Source: Dendrobates tinctorius (taxonomy: Eukaryota). Taken from it: a stretch of 64,000 nt of DNA. The notes under the pieces were generated by a model. The model had not been told where the DNA came from, ran no database searches, and worked only from the letters and a program-made list of their open reading frames with translations. Of this stretch, positions 60,338-64,000 are shown piece after piece. Where the stretch lies: positions 17,298,001 through 17,362,000 of the forward strand of contig NW_027361688.1 of assembly GCF_039654945.1 (NCBI RefSeq), in the 5' to 3' direction. Made by a program: the position numbers and the translations under genes. The number at the start of each line of letters is the position of its first letter. Position 1 is the first letter of the stretch.

Positions 60338-61746
60338 GGCACTGTGACCGGCTCTCTAATGGGGCACTGTGACTGGCTCTATAGTGGGGCACTGTGACCA
60401 GCTCTCTAATGGGGCACTGTGACTGGCTCTATAGTGGGGCACTGTGACTGGCTCTATAGTGGGGCACTGTGACCGGCTCTATAGTGGGGCACTGTGACCA
60501 GCTCTCTAATGGGGCACTGTGACCAGCTCTCTAATGGGGCACTGTGACTGGCTCTATAGTGGGGCACTGTGACCGGCTCTCTAATGGGGCACTGTGACTG
60601 GCTCTATAGTGGGGCACTGTGACCAGCTCTCTAATGGGGCACTGTGACCGGCTCTATAGTGGGGCACTGTGACCGGCTCTATAGTGGGGCACTGTGACCA
60701 GCTCTCTAATGGGGCACTGTGACTGGCTCTATAGTGGGGCACTGTGACCAGCTCTCTAATGGGGCACTGTGACCGGCTCTATAGTGGGGCACTGTGACCG
60801 GCTCTATAGTGGGGCACTGTGACCAGCTCTCTAATGGGGCACTGTGACTGGCTCTATAGTGGGGCACTGTGACCAGCTCTCTAATGGGGCACTGTGACCG
60901 GCTCTATAGTGGGGCACTGTGACCGGCTCTATAGTGGGGCACTGTGACCAGCTCTCTAATGGGGCACTGTGACTGGCTCTATAGTGGGGCACTGTGACCG
61001 GCTCTCTAATGGGGCACTGTGACCGGCTCTATAGTGGGGCACTGTGACTGGCTCTATAGTGGGGAACTGTGACCGGCTCTATAGTGGGGCACTGTGACCG
61101 GCTCTATAGTGGGGCACTGTGACCGGCTCTATAGTGGGGCACTGTGACCGGCTCTCTAATGGGGCACTGTGACCGGCTCTATAGTGGGGCACTGTGACCG
61201 GCTCTATAGTGGGGCACTGTGACCAGCTCTCTAATGGGGCACTGTGACTGGCTCTATAGTGGGGCACTGTGACCAGCTCTCTAATGGGGCACTGTGACCG
61301 GCTCTATAGTGGGGCACTGTGACCGGCTCTATAGTGGGGCACTGTGACCGGCTCTCTAATGGGGCACTGTGACTGGCTCTATAATGGGGCACTGTGACCG
61401 GCTCTATAGTGGGGCACTGTGACCGGCTCTATAGTGGGGCACTGTGACCGGCTCTATAGTGGGGCACTGTGACCGGCTCTATAGTGGGGCACTGTGACCG
61501 GCTCTATAGTGGGGCACTGTGACCGACTCTATAGAGGGGCACTGTGACCGGCTCTATAGTGGGGCACTGTGACCGGCACTATAGTGGGGCACTGTGACCG
61601 GCTCTATAGTGGGGCACTGTGACCGGCACTATAGTGGGGCACTGTGACCGGCTCTATAGTGGGGCACTGTGACCGACTCTATAGTGGGGCACTGTGACCG
61701 GCTTTATAGTGGGGCACTGTGACCGGCTCTATAGTGGGGCACTGTG
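60338..61746. repeat. Homogeneous 25-bp minisatellite (GGGGCACTGTGACCGGCTCTATAGT), about 56 copies
   Basis: Direct inspection. Two variants, ...CTATAGT and ...CTCTAAT. Confidence 0.97.
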
Positions 61747-63675
61747 CACTGTTTTTGGGTACTGATGCTGACTTTGTTTTTGGGCACTGTGGCAGGCTGT
61801 TTTTGGGTACTGTGGCTGGCTCTGTTTTTGGGCACTGCGGCTGGCTCTATTCTTTGGCCACTGTAGCAGGCTCTATTTTTGGGCACTGTGGCTGGCTCTG
61901 TTTTTTGGGCACTGTGGCAGGTTGTTTTTGGGCGCTGTGGCAGGCTCTGTTTTTTGGGCACTGAGGCAGGTTCTGTTTTTGGGCACTGTGGCTGGCTTTG
62001 TTTTTTGAGCACTGTGGCTGGATTTGTTTTTGGGCACTGTGGCAGGCTACTTTTGGGCACTGTGGCAGGCTACTTTTGGGTACTGTTGCAGGCTGTGTTT
62101 TTGGGCACTGCGGCTGGCTCTGTTTTTGGACACTGCAGCTGGCTCTGTTTTTTGGGCACTGTGGCTGGCTCTGTTTTTTGGGCACTGTTGCAGACTCTGT
62201 GTTTTGGGCACTGTGGCTGGCTATGTTTTTTGGGCACTGTGGCAGGCTGTTTTAGGGTACTGACGCTGGCTCTGTTTTTAGGCACTGTGGCAAGCTGTTT
62301 TTGGGCACTGTGGCTGGCTCTGATTTTTGGGCACTGTAGCAGGCTGTTTTTGGGTACTGATGCTGACTTTGTTTTTGGGCACTGTGGCAGGCTGTTTTTG
62401 GGTACTGTGACTGGCTCTGTTTTTGGGCACTGAGGCTGGTTATGTTTTTTGGGCACTGCGGCTATCTGTTTTTTGGGCACTGTGCCAGGCTCTGCTTTTG
62501 GGCACTGTGGCAGGTTGTTTTGGGGCGCTGTGGCTGGCTCTGTTTTTTGGGCACTGAGGCAGGTTCTGTTTTTGGGCACTGTGGCTGGCTCTGTGTTTTG
62601 AGCACTGTGGCTGGATTTGTTTTTGGGCACTGTGGCAGGCTGTTTTTGGGCACTGTGGCAGGCTGTTTTTGGGTACTGTTGCTGGCTGTGTTTTTGGGCA
62701 CTGCGGCTGGCTCTATTTTTTGGCCACTGTGGCAGGCTCTGTTTTTGGGCACTGTGGCAGGCTCTGTTTTTGGGCACTGTGGCAGGCTCTGTTTTTGGAC
62801 ACTGTGGCTGGCTCTGTTTTTTGGGCACTGTGGCTGGCTCTGTTTTTTGGGCACTGTGGCAGGCTGTTTTTTGGGCACTGTGGCAGGCTGTTTTTAGGTA
62901 CTGACTCTGGCTCTGTTTTTGGGCACTGTGGCAGACTGTTTTTGGGTACTGTGGCAGGCTCTGTTTTTGGGCACTGTGTCAGGCTCTGCTTTTTGGGCAC
63001 TGTGGCAGGTTGTTTTTGGGCACTGTGGCTGGCTCTGTTTTTTGAGCACTGTGGCTGGATTTGTTTTTGGGCACTGTGGCAGGCTGTTTTTGGGTACTGT
63101 TGCTGGCTGTGTTTATTGGGCACTGCGGCTGTTTTTGGACACTGCAGCTGGCTGTTTTTTTGGCACTGCGGCTGGCTCTGTTTTTGGACACTGTGGCTGG
63201 CTCTGTTTTGGGGCACTGTGCCTTCTGTGTTAGTCTCACAGTTCTTAGCTCTGTTTTGGGACTTTGCCAATTTTCCAAACAGAATCCTTAAAGTGGTCCC
63301 AAACCAAACCTTCTCGCAAACCTTCCTTCTAATATAAATCTATCATTCTCAGCAGGGTTTCTAAAGTCTGTGGCTGGCTCTGTTTTGGGGCACTGTGGCT
63401 GGCTCTGTTTTGGGGCTCTGTGGCTGGCTCTGTTTTTGGGCACTGTGGCTGTCTCTGTTTTTGGGCACTGTGGCTGTCTCTGTTTTGGGGCACTGTGGCT
63501 GGCTCTGCTTTTTTGGTCACTGTGCCTTCTGTGTTAGTCTCACAGTTCTTAGCTCTGTTTTGGGACTTTGCCAATTTTCCAAACAGAATCCTTAAAGTGG
63601 ACCCAAACCAAACCTTCTCGCAAACCTTCCTTCTAATATAAATCTATCATTCTCAGCAGGGTTTCTTAAGTCTGT
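61747..63675. repeat. T-rich derivative satellite (TTTTGGGCACTGTGGCTGGCTCTG, 23-26 bp) with 595-bp and 304-bp higher-order duplications
   Basis: ACTGATGCTGACTTT at 61761 and 62356. Unique tail duplicated at 63214-63371 and 63518-63675. Confidence 0.92.
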
Positions 63676-64000
63676 AGGTCCCTCCCCAGGGCGTGCTGCT
63701 GTCCACGCTCACTACTTTCACAATGCCTGTTCTAATCCTCCCACAATATTTTGCACTAGAGACAAAACTCTTAGAGGTTCTGTGACTTCAGGTGAAGATA
63801 GAAGTGAAGTCCCTCCTGCGCTGACACATATGGACAGTTGAAGGATTCTCTGCGCTTCTTCTCACTTTCCAAGGAGGGATGGACATCTGGAGACTCTGAG
63901 CTTCTTGCACTTGTGTTGTCAAAGCAAGTAAGTAAGAGAACATTGGCAAATTGTGTAAACTCACTGACTGCGTCTTCTCCTCCGGTGCCAACTGATGGGT

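Noticed and set aside
61704-63641. Many Cys/Gln/Lys-rich ORFs (keratin-associated- or SPRR-like appearance)
   Set aside because: Open on both strands in several frames with variable unit length; products of satellite DNA.
63788-64000. Minus-strand open frame running off the window end
   Set aside because: Short, with no recognisable homology; cannot be evaluated without flanking sequence.

Overview
Eukaryotic, repeat-rich vertebrate genomic DNA. The repeat families and gene sequence point to a frog, probably a hyloid (inference). There are two assembly gaps (40072-40230 and 51296-51512). One intact protein-coding gene is supported: PARP11 (WWE domain plus mono-ADP-ribosyltransferase) on the + strand. 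It has six coding exons at 35940-45067 with GT-AG borders and consistent phases, plus probable 5' exons at about 28290-28333 and 31034-31148 behind a GC-box/CRE/ISRE-like promoter. The rest is mostly transposon debris: a decayed Gmr1-type Gypsy provirus (IN-RT-RH order) in a PARP11 intron, several solo LTRs, hAT, Harbinger and Kolobok/T2-type MITEs, piggyBac, Tc1 and DD41D mariner-like fragments, a non-autonomous Helitron, L1/L2 fragments, and several minisatellites, many of them nested. Most notable observations: (1) a dispersed set of minimal hammerhead-ribozyme motifs, two of them between inverted-repeat arms (Penelope/retrozyme-like); (2) an ISRE-like element at the PARP11 promoter; (3) a possible +1 frameshift isolating the ancestral PARP11 start codon; (4) an apparent intron loss in PARP11; (5) a four-level nested insertion with intact target-site duplications (TSDs). 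No prokaryote-type system (CRISPR, operon) is present. Comparisons with human PARP11 are from memory and need checking by alignment.
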